The notes below the pieces were generated by a model. That model made no database searches and had not been told where the DNA came from. It worked only from the letters and a program-made list of their open reading frames with translations. Below, piece after piece: positions 42,714 to 57,377 of a stretch of 64,000 nucleotides of DNA. Each line of letters starts with the position of its first letter. Position 1 is the stretch's first letter. The translations under genes and the position numbers were made by a program. The DNA is from Seison nebaliae (Eukaryota): NCBI GenBank assembly GCA_023231475.1, contig JALJEE010001321.1:1-64000 (forward strand). The letters are read 5' to 3'.

Positions 42714-43559
42714 TTAGTTTCCAACTGGCTTTAATTCGAAAGATGAGTCCCCATCGAACGAACTATCTGGATCTCCTGCCTCATCAGCATCCTTCATAGT
42801 TTGGTCATATTCCTCCGTTTGCCGTAATAATTCCAATAAATTATTGACAAATTGTCGTGGTGCCGACGCCTCCAAATAGAATTTGGAAAAGATCCAAGCT
42901 GGTCCATTTTTCGGATTAACTGATTTCACTTCTACCTTCAAATTTCCCTTATCCGTCTGCCTTTTAGGATTTTTCTCTGAATCATCTTCCACCGATATAC
43001 CACCAATGAAATGTTTGTCCATCATGTCTTCCTCATGATCCAGATCGAATTGAACTTTGAGGTTGTTAGACATGGTTCCATATGGTTTGATCGGGATTTT
43101 GGTTTCGTTGCTCTTTTCGAACTCACTTTCATCTTCCAAAGTTTTCTCTGATAAGTTCAATTCGTCTTCCGTTGATTCGTTTTCATGGACATTATTTTCA
43201 TTTGAAAGTTGTAATGGGCTACCGGACAATTTGCGTTTCTTTATATTCGAACCTTCCATATTATCATGATAATGTCCGGTTTCATGCTGTGGAAATGGTA
43301 ATGGGGAAACTGATACAGGTAGTAACGTACAAGAGAAATCGGGAGAAGATGTTAGAGTAATAGAACTACTCTGACTGACATCCAGATCACCTTCATACTC
43401 ATCACAGAAGGATGCGTTCAATATTCCATCTCGATTTTTCCACCGGTTAATGCCTTCCATCTTTTCTTCATTCTTGACCAATTTGTTCATTGATGAACTT
43501 CCTGGTAACTGCCCTTGATCACCACCCTTATCGTCTTCTTCGTCACTTTCTATCGCCAT
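42714..43559 (-). CDS. 281-codon acidic ORF, probably a 5' exon of the giant orphan gene or a separate small gene
   Basis: Long open frame from ATG with an NLS-like KKRKLS. A GTTGGA donor lies just before its stop, and there is a GTT-AG 5'UTR intron near 43620-43575. The junction to 42070 was not resolved. Confidence 0.6.
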   Translation of the reverse strand: MAIESDEEDDKGGDQGQLPGSSSMNKLVKNEEKMEGINRWKNRDGILNASFCDEYEGDLDVSQSSSITLTSSPDFSCTLLPVSVSPLPFPQHETGHYHDNMEGSNIKKRKLSGSPLQLSNENNVHENESTEDELNLSEKTLEDESEFEKSNETKIPIKPYGTMSNNLKVQFDLDHEEDMMDKHFIGGISVEDDSEKNPKRQTDKGNLKVEVKSVNPKNGPAWIFSKFYLEASAPRQFVNNLLELLRQTEEYDQTMKDADEAGDPDSSFDGDSSFELKPVGN

Positions 43560-43736
43560 CCGTCCTTTAGTCGTCTACGTGGAAGATAAAAACGTTTGAC
43601 AAAAAAAAATTTTTTTTAACTCGCTTGCAAACTAAATCGAATTTTAAACTTTTTTAAAACTGCGCTCTAATATTTAAAGAAATTTAGCTACATATACCCA
43701 CTTCTTAAGCTGACGAGTGTCGGTTTGGGCCGAAAT

Positions 43737-43752
43737 TTCAAATTGGCGCCAA
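43737..43752 (-). promoter_or_regulatory. E2F-type palindrome TTGGCGCCAA adjacent to a CHR-like TTTGAA
   Basis: The minus strand reads TTTGGCGCCAATTTGAA about 180 bp upstream of ATG 43559. Confidence 0.5.
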
Positions 43753-44038
43753 ATTTTTTTTAGTTGAATTTGCTTAATCGGTGGAAAATACACGGATTTT
43801 CTCAGTTTTCTTAAACGTTCCTTCCATGAAGTTACTTACGTGTCATACACATCATCAATTTGCATAAGAATGACTCATCTTTTTATAACGTCAAAGTGTG
43901 TGTTAAGCTTGAGCCGTTTTAAGCCTATGGGAAAATAATAAATAATGAAAAAAACAAGTGTAAATTTTCTTTGCGATTTATTTGAATTTATAAAAAAAGT
44001 GGGAAACACATTATATAAAAAATTAAATAAAGTGAGTT

Positions 44039-47000
44039 TCAAAGATCTTTTGGCTCATTTGAATTGGTTGAGATAGTTGTTGTTGTCGTTGTTGTCATGG
44101 GATCGGATGTCGATGACGATGAATTAGATTGATTAATTTCGTTCATAATTGACGGAGAAATGTCGGTACTGTGACTACTATTACTTGTATCGGATGACGG
44201 CCATTTAATTGATGAAATAGTATCATTAACATAAGCTGACTGAGGTAGTAAATTATTATCATAATCTGAGGTAGATATGGAAATGGCTGATGATTGGATT
44301 AATGGTTCTTTTTCAGTTGATGATTGTAGTTTTGAATGTAGATTTGTTAAATCGAATTTTATTCGTCTGCCTTCCTTTCCTTCCTTATTACTAGAATAAT
44401 AGACATTATTCGAAGGAAATTTCGAATCAATCGTTTGTAGATACATGACGTTTGGTGACTGTTGTATTTTCTTCTCTCGAAATGAATAACCGGATGATCT
44501 CATCCTTTCCGTACTGTGCAAATAATGTAATTGTAATAAAGATTTATCAGGATTCATCAAATCATTCTTCGACGATTCACAACAGAAACGATCTACACTT
44601 CTCGATTGTTCATTCAATAAATTCCTCATATTCTTCTCACGACACTCATTCAACATTCGACGTTCGTTATACATTCTGTATTCGGTGGGATTAACAGGAA
44701 TATTATCCGAATAAATTATGGATGATGTGGAAGTTGAATCTTTATTTGCATTAACTGATATCTTCAATTTCGTTGATAATGATGATGATGATGAACTCGA
44801 TAAATTATTTATAGGTCGTTCTTCCAAAACCGTATTCAATCGATTCGGAAATGTCGTTATAGGAGAATACAAAACTTTCTTTTCTTTATATTCCTCATTC
44901 AACTGATAATCATCAACTGACCATTGTCCATCGAACGACGACGATTGATGCTTAGGAGAGGAACATAAATTTTGCAATATATTCTTCTCAAATTTCGATG
45001 AATGATTCTCTCGTTTCCGTTTCTTGTACATTTGAGATAACGATGAGAAATCCTGTTTATTTTCTTCAACAAAATATTTTATGAGAAACTTAAAAAATTA
45101 TAGAACTTTTCTTCTTTTTCGGGAAACATGATTTCTTCTTCCATAAAATGATTATGAAGGAACATAAGCCAAACAAGACGATTAATGAACCGATGCCGAT
45201 TATAAATCGTTTGGAAAAAGTTGAATCTAAAACGAATAAATTGAGGATTAATTAGTAATATTTTGCTGATAAAAAAAATGTGAACAATATAATTGAAGTT
45301 TAATTGACATGAGCATGGCACCTTCTTTATTCGAAGTTCTACATGAATAAATTATCGTTTTATAATTCTCCATCGTTTCTTGCACATTATCGATATGTAA
45401 CTGACTCACATAGTATCCACGTTCGTCAATATAATTATGAATTTTATGATTAACTTTTGATTTTTTCCGATATCCGACGTTATTAATCGTCGTCGAATGA
45501 ATTAATGATTCGATGATGGAAATTTCTTTCAATTTCTCTAAACGAATTTTCCATTCAGTTTTCTCCGCTTTCGGCTCACCATAAGTTATACATTTTAAGA
45601 TGATTTCGTTATCTTCTTTCACATGGAAAATTGAATGATCATAAAATAATGGTGTTGATCGATTGTTCTCCCACCAGAAGCCCAACGACGAAGATTTTCG
45701 AACTGGAATTCGTTTTTGACGTTCTCCTCTTATAAACACTTCAATTCCATCGATATGTGGACTGGTGGAGGAGACGATGAGAAAATTCTTCTTCAACTCT
45801 TTTCCTTGTTGATTTGCAATACAATAATAATTCTGTCGATAAGGATAAGGAATCGATTGCATATTTGGAGTATTAATCCAGTTGAATAATTGAATAGCTT
45901 TCACAATAATCGATGTGGTACCTGTCTCAATTATTTTATTCTGATAATACCAGTTGATAGTTGGTGATGGATATGAAGCGATATCACAATTCAATGAAAT
46001 CTCTTCATTCATCTCATTGACAACGAGCATGGAAGACGATTGAGAAAGATATCGTAGAGAATCTTCAAAAGAGAAAATTAAAAAAAATATAATAAAATAT
46101 CTAACATTCAACTTCTAATCGTTTCGATATTCGACTCGTACCGATGGAATTAGTTGCTTCGCAATATAAAACCATATTATGCAAAGCTTCGCTTCCATTC
46201 AAGACGACGAAATTATTTTTAAATTGTGTCAATTCGAAATCATTCAAAAACCATCTAAAAATGGAAATGAATAATTGTTCATTCTAAAACCGTTCAAAAC
46301 TTGTAAGTTATGAGCGATGGATTGGCTTCGACGAGACAAGTGAAATTCGTTAGCTTTCCTTCTTTCAATATCGATCTATTTGGTCGATCATTGATCAATC
46401 GCAATAATGGAACGTGATGAACTTCGATTGTAGTTCTGGCGAATAAATCATCAGTTAATGCTGCATGATCAGCGACACATTTCAATGATTTGCCGTCCCA
46501 ATGACGACTGACCGATTGGATGGTGAGAATGTTGGTTGTATCGACAATTCGATTATCAACCGGTTCAGATACGTCATGATGAATGGAAGATATTGGTGAG
46601 TGGATGATGATTAAATCATTTTTCTCATTCAACAAATTATTTCCCAAATACCATCGTACCGGTGTCACTGGTCTGGATCGTTTGACTAGACAAGTAATAT
46701 TTTTCACAGTTCCTTCAACTCCGATGATGCGGTCAGTGAAAAAATTGACAGCTGACGGAGCAACTATAAATGCGAAATGGAAAGATGTAAATAATTTAAA
46801 TTTAAAAACTTAAAATACTCAAATTGGCAGTGGTTGAGCGATAGAAGGGCAAGTCGTTTTGTTCGGGTATTTGACAATTGTAAATTCCATCATCTTCCAA
46901 TGAGACGTTGTGGACGGTAATGGAAAAATCACCGTTATCCCGATTACCGAGAAATCGCTTATTATCAAAATCATCAACATAGACACACATTCCATTGATA

Positions 47001-47188
47001 CACCAAGTGACTAATGTTTGATCATTCAATTTCTCCTTATCAATCACACAGCTAAATGTGACATTGTTCCCCCGTATCGTTCCCAACGATTTAGGTTGAA
47101 GAAGAAATATTGAATTATCCATTAGAATTGTGTCCGACCACAAACATATGATGACGGAAGTCAAAAGGAAAATATGATTTTTCACCAT
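44039..47188 (-). CDS. Type I membrane IgSF adhesion receptor with 5 Ig domains (Kirre/NEPH/SYG-1-like), 6 coding exons
   Basis: Signal peptide MVKNHIFLLTSVIICLWS; five Ig Cys pairs (e.g. TFSC...EDDGIYNC; ITC...RWY...LKC; LNC...INWYY...YYC); TM helix FIIGIGSLIVLFGLCSFIIILWKKK; Ser-rich cytoplasmic tail; five GTT-AG introns. Confidence 0.8.
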
Positions 47189-50100
47189 TTCTTTCGTCTC
47201 GTCTCCCACCAAATTTATCACTTACATAGAATGAACTTAAATCTGATGTGAAGAAAATTAATAGGAATTTATTTGAATGGAATTGAAATTAAGTATTAGA
47301 TATTCATTTAAGAATGAAGGGAAATTGTATTTTGTATTCAAAAGGAAAAATAATCCATTAAAGATGTAACATACGTACATATGTAGTAGGAGAAGTATCA
47401 ACCACATGTGCACTTACAGTGGCCCTACTATTAACCTGTTATTATGAGGCATATTATTAGGGAGGGGGTGATAGTTTGAATTGAAAGAAGAATGTGAATA
47501 TTCTACTAATAATCTGAAAGTGAATAATTCTATATTGGTGGTTGACAAGTTCTAACTCGACGAGTTTCACTAGTGAATTTGTTACGAACGAAGACGATCC
47601 GAACGAACCAGGAAACATATTTTATTCACTTAACAGAAAAACGAGTAATATTTCCGTCTACATCTATATGATTAGGTGAGAAAACATGGCAGAAGTTGGT
47701 AACGTTCCAGATTACAAGTTTGCACTCTTCATATCACCTCCCTACAATATAATGTACGAAGGAAAGAAGGATGATTAACGACATAGCAGTAGTTGGTAGT
47801 AAAATGGAAAAATATCATTTGTCTTCTATTCGAAATTGTCAACCATCCTATTTAGATAAGAGCGGAAGTATATGTTATGCATTCACCTCCGAATGTTTAT
47901 GTGGATATACGAAGAATATTCTTCTTCTTCGCCTTCCTCTTCTTCTTCTTCTGTTCTTTCAGATTTCCAACGATCAAAACAATCTTCCACTTTCTTTCAA
48001 GATAAAATTACATGAAAATTATTATTTTTCCAATTCACCAAACAATAACTTAAACAATGCACAAAGACTTCAAACTATTTATGGTGGTCATTGAAAAAAT
48101 ATTGAAAATAATTCCAATTCATCAGGAAATTATCAATTTATTGTTAATCGGATTTCTTCTATAATTTCTTATTTTTATTTGTAGTGTAAGGTCATTTCGA
48201 AATGAGAGGAAATCATATTTTCATTCCCCTCTCAATAAGTTCATAAGGAACCATATCGATGAAAAGTGTTGAGGAAGAAATGGAGAAATTGAGGTAGATG
48301 CAATTCCTTCCTTTCTTCCAATTCCACATAGAACGAAATTTATTAAATAAATTGGGAGAAACGATAGTGACGAATATTATCGAATTGTTTAATCGAAATA
48401 ATGCGATTAAATAGAAGACAGACATCTCTCGCTTCACCAACTAATCGTATTGCATTTCCGTGTTGAATTGATACCTAATATTCAAGATGGAGTAATGGGG
48501 GAACTATAAGTAATAAAACTAAACCTTCAAAATAGAAAAGGAATTTTTTCAAAAATAAAATGTTTATTATTTACATCGTCTCATGATCCATTTCCATTTG
48601 TGCACAGAAAGTGCACAGATGTGTTCTTGACATCACCAAGCCACCCTTCCTACCACCATATACTTAGAGAAGAAGAATCTCATTTATCAGAACTTTGCAT
48701 CGATATTCATTTCATCTTATCAAATAATTAAATCGTCACGCTAAGCAGGAGACGAATCGGGAAATTTCATTTCCCAATAACAAAATAATTTTTGGTTGGT
48801 AGTCGAGATGTAGTTCAAATATTCTTCTTCCAACAATTTGGATGAAGCAAATTGGGGGGGGAATCAGCTTAGAGGAAAGATAAGATCATTTCAATGAAGA
48901 AATACAGCTGATGAAGGTAATGACAACTGTTACTTGGCATTCAATGGAAGTCATATAGATCAATTTGGCAGGTGAATAACGAAATCATTCTATCAATCTG
49001 CTGAAAGAGGTAATGAACGAAATTAACGTAACAGACATGAAAAAGAAAATAAGGAAATTAGAGAAAACGAATGTGTAAATCGATTATTGGTGAATGGTAA
49101 ACTCTGACAGATTTTATGATGAACGGCACTCTCACACTCTAACCACACACATTCACATCATCTCATCTGATCGACTTAATGATCAGCTTCGTCTTAATCA
49201 CCCGCAAATTTAATTGGAAAAATATTCCTTCCAAAAATATTAATAGGAAGATATTTTTCATAAAAATTTTAATTGGAAAATATTTTTCCCAATAATTTTA
49301 AATCGAAACAATATTAAAAAAAATTTTGTACAATTTCTTCAACTTCATAAAATTTTCATGAATAAAAATAAAAATTAAGTGTTGTTGTTGTTATTGTTTT
49401 GAAGGAATCATATTGATGAGATTTGTAGAATTGGAAGAAAGATGTTTGTCAATAAGTTTATTTGAAGGATGTGATTTGTGAAATGCACAGCAGGATGTAG
49501 CTATGGAAGAGATCTTGAAAAAATAATGAAACGGAAAAAATGTGGAAGGTATCAGAATTCATAAAAATTATCTTGTCATTTGATTAAGCTGAGTTTTGCT
49601 TCTTCAATTACTATTCTTCCAAATAAATTTTCGAGTGTCTCGCTAATGAAAGGGGGAGAGGAGGAGGAGGACACGAAGAATAAAAACGAAAATTGTCCAA
49701 TGCGAAACTTGACCTATATCGGAGAATATTCCGACCGTGAGATATCGATCAATATTCATTTCATCAACAGCTCACTTCCCCTATATGTTGTGTGGACGAG
49801 GGATTGCATTATTCAATCAGATGAATAACAAATTTTCGTGTTCAACACATTCGATTTGGGAATAGAAGAACTGGTATTTTCGATGGAAAATATTTCGTTT
49901 CTGTTGTTGTTGTTGTTGTTGATGAAGATGATGATAGCTACTGATGATGGTTGTCGTAGTAAATAGCGTGGTTATTTAACTAAAAGTTGAGTTAATTATA
50001 AATCGATTAGTCTGTCATCGATAACAAACACGACTACTCTCCAAACACGATTGCATGGACGAGAGATGAGGGGAAACAATACCGTGGAAATAATGAACAC

Positions 50101-53100
50101 GAAAATGTGAAATTCGCAACATTCATGCGGCTGTTTTATATATACGAAATTTGTGTGAAAGTAAAATAGTTTGTGATGAGATAACATCAATATTATCAGT
50201 AACATAATTATCATCGTCCATTTATTATTATTATCGTCGTTTAATTGTCTTGATGATTATCGGAGGTGAAATTGATGAAACTATTTCCAAATACTTCTCA
50301 ATAGAAATTAAGCGAAAACTATTTCATGCTTTATTCGGAGCAAGTCAAAATATGATTTACATACAAATTCATCAATTCGCTCTCTACTGATAATTCATCT
50401 CGTTCGACCAATTCATAAATATTCTTGTCATACAGTAATAGAAAGACAGTTAAATGAGAAATGTGATGAGTCGCTTCATTCTCCATATTCGATTCATGGA
50501 CAGTAGATCAAATTTACAAAAAGAAATCATTGATAACTAGGAATGTGATGTGCAGACGAACCAAATCATCATCAGTTCCATTAGACGAACAAACAACCTA
50601 ACACTAATGTCTGATACATTTCTTCGATTTGATTGAGAAGAATTAAACAAAAATCTTTTGGACGCCAGACTCCTTTAATGATTTGATTGAAGTTCCTTGC
50701 TAATTTACTGCACTACATTTTGGGAGAGAAATAACAAATTATTAAAGGATCGGAATGATAGATTGGATCTGTAAATTGAAGGCAATTCACATCTGGGTTG
50801 GGTAGGAAACATCCACTTTTATTATCACATTATCACAATGTGAGTGTTGAAGTCGACTAAGAATGAACGATAGTTATTTCTTCCACATCATTTATCAAAA
50901 AAATCTTCACAATCCGATGACGTTTTCTCCTCAATCAATTACTTTCGGTTGGGAAGGAATCGGCTGATATTTAGACAATGATAATTACTCCATTTCCAAT
51001 AACTCCCAAATTTCCTTCATTCTCTTTTTTTTATTGAAAAAAACAGATTATTTTTAGAACAAAAGATGGAAATGAATAAATATCGATTCATTCTTATCAA
51101 CGTTCTTCTCATCGTCATCTTTCTCCCATTCACTTCTTCTCAAACAATTATTACATCATTTAGGTTTATGACGAATTATATGAACATGTAATAATTAAAT
51201 TATTCTCCGACACTTCAATCGATTCCTTTCATTAGAATAACAAAACATTTTTCATCAACATCTTCTTCATTCGCACAACATTCAGGAAAAACTACAAATC
51301 GTCTAATCTATTCTTTATCCATCTCCATTATGCACATGACAAACCATCAGATTTTGATGAAACGAACATAATTCATAAATAATCGTCTCAATTCAATTAT
51401 TATCAATCAATTTTCTACCACAACCAAAATCGAAATAAAAAATACATTGAGAATTATGATTTCTTTTCATTCCTAATTAATCATCGAAAATCTATTTATT
51501 TCAATATCCGATTTTATTCGATTCGATTCACGAAAAAAAGCATTCATAAAATTTTTCCAAAATTATTCAATTTAGAGTTCAATTTGAATAATTTTCGTTT
51601 GAGACAATATGAAGAAACGAAACGGAAGGGAGAACATTTGAGAAGGAAATGTTGTTGAATGCAATCAATGTTTCAATTTCATCAACAGAAGATATTTCTC
51701 ATCTCTCATCACGTTACTTTCGTTTAATTGAAATGGTTGGACTGATATTTGATAGGAGAGCAATGTTCAAATGGGAGCGATGGAAGATAAATAGAGCAGG
51801 GAGGAACGATGTGCGAATGAAGTGGAAGATGATTCATAAGAAAATCTTTCATCGACTACATTCGATGAGAGATCGCGATATTCAACTTTCCCATCTTTAT
51901 TTGCTGATTGACGACACCTGCATATACGGACGTAACGATATGCTTTATGTGCACAACTGACCACATCATTCAAAATGATGTTAATCTCTCCATTGATGAA
52001 ATGGAGAGACTTCTAATGAAAGAGATCATCATCTTATTTACCATCAAAACATTTCCAAAGTTGATTAGTCTTTCCGTCTGAATGTCGATGACGAAGTACC
52101 GCTTATGCACCACAAATCATAATTATAATCTCTTCTCATTTACTTTCCTCACATCCTGTCAAGACTGAACTAGATATATCTCATGTGAAATTGATTGAAA
52201 ACAAAGAATGAAATGGAATTTCCTTAAAAAGAAAATTCTAATAATTTCTTTCCACTAAATATTTTGGGGTAGGAGAATGAAAAAGAAATTTACGTTACCA
52301 ACTGATCATCAGTCGGACTTGTGCGTAGAATGACCAGCATGCTAAATGAGTTATGGAAAGGAAATTGCAATTTTCATGTATCATATGTTCAATTAAGACA
52401 AAGACTCATTTTTCATTTACCTGGTGATATAATGAACAAATATTATTTTTCCAATTATATTCTCTTTTTTTTCTTTCACACACTTCCCACTCCCTCACAC
52501 CATTTAATCGATTAGAAACCACCATTTACCAAACCAACAGTTTGTTGGAAATGTGGACAATTCTCGTAGAAACTTCTAGCTAACTCAATTGACTCATTTG
52601 TTGATGGGGTGGAGACACTTCTTGCCCATCAACATAAATCTGAAAAGACAATTTTATTCAGATATGAACAATCGAGGAGAATTCGTCTGATAAGTGAAAG
52701 ATTGGAAGGAAGGTATTGCGTGTCCATTTTGTGTTGGAGTGCAGTTGGAAAGGTATAAGAAGACCCACAAGTCGTATCGGCACCAACGAGAAATGGAGTT
52801 GTAATGAAGAAAGAAGATAATGGAGATTGAAATTCATAATGAACGATAATTTTCCTGTCGTTCTCTCATTTAGTATGATAATCTTATTAAATTCAGTTAA
52901 AACATTCCCCCCTTACATAAGAGAGATGGAGTTCCACCACGAAATGAAATTCATCGATAGAACACTCGACTTTCTGAGAATCGAGTAAGAGATAGATCAA
53001 ATGAGAAATGGCAAATAAGGATGATCGACTTCACAAATCATTGCCCAACGTGCTATCGTGCACATTATTCTTTGCACAATACTCTAATAAAAATTAAAAT

Positions 53101-56100
53101 GTCAATGAACGTGACATCCGCTTTCTTTCTTCTCGATAGATATCGAAAAGAATAATATGGAATCTAAATCTCCTTTCTTTCTTTCTTTCTTCTCAAAATA
53201 TGAAATAATATTACACAACTTCCCTCGAACACGAACAACAATCGGCATGATAATCGTAAGGAAAAAGTTTTCTTTTGACTCGGGGAGAAATTGAATATAT
53301 TCGTATTCGGAGAATATTCCTTATAAATAAATAAAAATATTCTGATGGTCCTCTCACTGCGTCTGATGGAGCATGAACGGTACACTAATGGATTGGTACC
53401 TAACATTATGGAAAAGACGAAAGTAAATGGTAATTAAGTGTCAATGTCAACTTGCTCTCATATAATACGAACTTTTTTTTTATCGCTACTCGTTCTATGA
53501 TTAGCACGATGCACTGATTCACCTCAAGTGACATTTCCCAGTTTTGATCATTCTGACATCATTTTGTCCATTTCAACTGACCTGTTAACGGAACAGCAGA
53601 AAGTTGTTAAATTACTGACGTAAACCGAAAAAATGAATTGTAATTAGAAACGAATTGATGAATCCTTACACCTATTCATAAACAATGAGAGGGAGAAGGT
53701 CGGGAGAGAATTGATGATGATGATAGTGGTGGTGACGGAAAATGATAAGAGTTCCAAATGGAAATATTTGGAGAAGATTCGCGACGAGACCATGAGCAGT
53801 GGGAAGAATATATATTTGTGTAGCGGATTTACTCATTCATCCATTTCAGTCGTGGGAAGTCGATGGTACGGAAACGAAATGTAGAAGAAGAATCGACAGA
53901 AAAATAGGAGAAGCAATCTCACATAATTGAATTGGTGCTAGCAATATAAGTCGGATGATAGTAAAGAATTCCAATAATATCTTTATGTCACTCACACACA
54001 GAGTGTAAGGCAGCAGTAATTCATATTAATCATTCTGATTCACATTAGAACGAGACCCTGATCAACCCACATTCCATTATATAATTGATCGAACTCGAAA
54101 TTTATCATTCTCAGCGAAATTCCTTCTCCTCACAAGAAATCATTTCAACTAATAGTTCAACATTCCTCTCGTCCATATTTATTCATCCTTCTCAATTCAC
54201 ACGATGTCAATCATCCTTCTCCAAACTGAAACAAATCTATTTTGAATAAAACATTCTCGTGTGTTTGGTCGAGTCGGTTAATTTCGGTGGAAAAGAACGG
54301 AAAGAATTTGGGTGAGGAAACAATATAAATAAATCATTTACATATCTTCTTCACATCGAACTGATAATATACGGATAGAATGAAAGGTATGTTATTCACC
54401 TTCATCCCCAATGCACCAACACCTATTATTGTCCAATGCTTATTAGACAATCAGTCAAGCAATCACAACTTTTCCACAAATTACAAAAATGTTAATCGAC
54501 CAATCTTTCCACCTATGAACGTTCCATCCATCTGGTCACGTGTGTTCATTGTTAGGTGTCAAATTGTAAATCGTCACCAAAACAACAAAAGAAACGAATG
54601 TGGAATGTAAATTAGAATGTTTATGTAAATGATTTCTCCTTCACAATCTTCTCCATTTTCTTACTTACAATTATCACAATTAATTAGGTCTTTATTTATG
54701 AAATGAAGAATTGCATGCAAACTATCTTATTGAAATTCGAATAATTAAATTAATTAATTCAACTAAATTAAAGAAGCGAATGTATTATCAAAATTCGCTG
54801 GCCACTCTCAAATACGAATAGAATAGTTATATTCCTATATTCGCACTCTCGAGTGCAGTCTGATTAACCTTCGAACGAACTCTACAATTCTTCTCTCCTT
54901 TCATATTCACTCTCAAGTCAATTCCATCCGTTATTAATTCGATAAGATTATTAATAAAGTTGAATTTGTGAGAAATGTTCTCATCAGAATTGCAACTATT
55001 GTTGGTAGACGATCGTTCAATTTTTTATGATTGTTAGTGAGTTTGAAGTTAGTCAAAGCAACTTTGAATGAGTAGAAATGAGAGGAGAAATTGAAAAATT
55101 TGAACAAACAAATCTTCGATGAATATGTGTCATATTATATGAATCAAAGAATTTTCATAAAAATTTTGAAAGAAAGTTGCCTAAACTTCACATTCTTTAT
55201 ATGCATCTCATCACATGAGATGAGATCTAATCAGCAATCGATTATTTAGTCATCAAACAAACATCATTTTGGAATTAACTAAATAGATCATCCTTTCCAA
55301 CTCATTAAGCATATTGGGAAGTATCAAAAATCGAATGGATTTTTGGCGGAGAAGTAGGAAGAGGGAAAAGCCGAGGGAAAATGGGAGAAAATTGAAAATT
55401 CATAAATCATTAGAAGCGATGTGAGCATTGTCTTATTGTGAGTTGATTGATAGAAATAAATCAATTTAATTCATTTCACTGACGAACGAGGAATCGCTAA
55501 TTCGTAAAACGAATAATTCGTCCATTCATTATCCCAATCCATCCATCTAATGTGAACATAATCATTTATAACAATCAATCTTCATATTCGATTATAAATG
55601 TCTCTTCCGAGAAGTGGTAAATCTTGGAAGGAAAGTTTGAGGAAAGTTTCCGTGAAATGGATTCGCACTTTTTCTACCATTCAATGATAATGTTCGACTC
55701 GCAATCAATCGTCACCACTTAATTTAGAAAGCGTACAAAGTAATTTTTCGTTTTGAAGTACAAAAAATAGGAGAAAGAAATTAGTTTTCCTTCACTTCCA
55801 CTTTGGCGCTGAGAAATGTATGAGGGAAAGAATGAGGAAAGATTAATGAGATTAGGAGGACAATAACGATCGAGAACGAATCGACCACTTCAAATACAAT
55901 GAACATAACAAACAGGAATTGAGAGAAATTATCTGGGAGAATCGTATCGAATCGTTCTCAATTAAAAGAAGCCGAAAATTGATTTGTGTTACGATTGTGA
56001 TAGGATGTATAATATCATAATAATTATCAATATAATTTAGTGATTATGGAGTAGATGTGTCCAACGAGAAATGTTGGACTCCTTTCTCACTAAAACACGT

Positions 56101-57344
56101 AGCATTCGTCAGATGAAGATGTAATTTATTAATGAAGTTTCATTGACTTCCTTCTAATTTTCCGTGGGATATTGATTGATTGAATGGAAATATTCTTTTT
56201 CATCTTCTCCTCCATTTCACTCCTACTTTGGATGTATCAATTACTTCGTGTGCCATAATTATCACAATTTATTTATTCAGGTAATAAGACAATTAACTAT
56301 TCATTCTCACGTCAAAATGAAATGGACGACAGTTGTTCGTTGGAAACAGACAGGCAGAAATGTTTTCGGGTAAATATTCGGTCGCTGAATTCGCCCCCAA
56401 ACTTTGTTGGATGTTCTCTGAAACTTTCCTAAACAATCTCTTCATTCTCCTAATTATCATATTTGAAGTTAGTTAGTTGGTGCGTAATGACTAGAATCCA
56501 TATGAGCTGAACTGTTTGCGAAGTGTGGATAGGAATATGGCCACCATTTAATCCAATGCTCCCCACTAATCAGTAGGTGAAGAATGAATTGAGTGAACTT
56601 CTCAAATTACTTTCGGATGTTTCCATAAATATCCGATTCTCTCCCAAACCAACTACTTCAAACGATGCTTTATGTGGCGTGTTAATGGGAATCTATTCAA
56701 TTTGAAACTATCATTAATTTGCATTAAATCAACTTATTGTCGTCACCATGACAACGATGTAAAAGAGAAAGTTCTCTTACTCGAGGTATCACTCTCGAAC
56801 GAAACCATCAGAATTATGTCATAATGAATAAGAGAAATATTAGTTAAGAGGAAATGATCGACCGGAAATATAAATAAAAGTGATGGGGAGTAGGTGTGAA
56901 TTAATTCAATTCCATCTATCATTCGACACCACTCAATAATCGTAACGAATTGGAAAGGAAAGTAACATATTCATTGACATACTCTCTCATCACTTAACCG
57001 CAGCCGAAATAAGAGTTAAAGTGGTTAATTAACACGTTGAGAGAAAGAATTCCACATGCTTCCAGTCCTTTCGTCCAACTATCACACCGATTGATGACTA
57101 CGTGTAATGAGTGAAAGTTGAACGAAAGTATTCATTCCTGTCAAATATCATCGGCAAATTACAGAGAAACTCTCATTTTCCGTCCTTCATTCTCAATATA
57201 TCATTATCCACTTCATTTACTTTAATAACATCGACAATCGAACTGGAGTGAATTACGAAGAACGAACAATAACTTCATACATATCTTCACTAAGATTCCA
57301 TATGGAAGTACGACTGTCCAACATTGTCCTCTGTTAACCCCCCC

Positions 57345-57345
<1 letters not shown>

Positions 57346-57375
<30 letters not shown>

Positions 57376-57377
57376 AC
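57346..57377. repeat. (CA)n microsatellite
   Basis: Read directly. Confidence 0.85.

Noticed and set aside
44241..44262. let-7-like TGAGGTAGTA
   Set aside because: It lies antisense within a coding exon, matches only at the 5' end and has no hairpin partner.
54601..54622. miR-1-like TGGAATGTAAA
   Set aside because: There is no complementary upstream arm and the 3' half diverges.
57161..57170. ACAGAGA as a U6 snRNA box
   Set aside because: The flanks do not resemble U6. I recognised no snRNA, tRNA or rRNA gene in the window.
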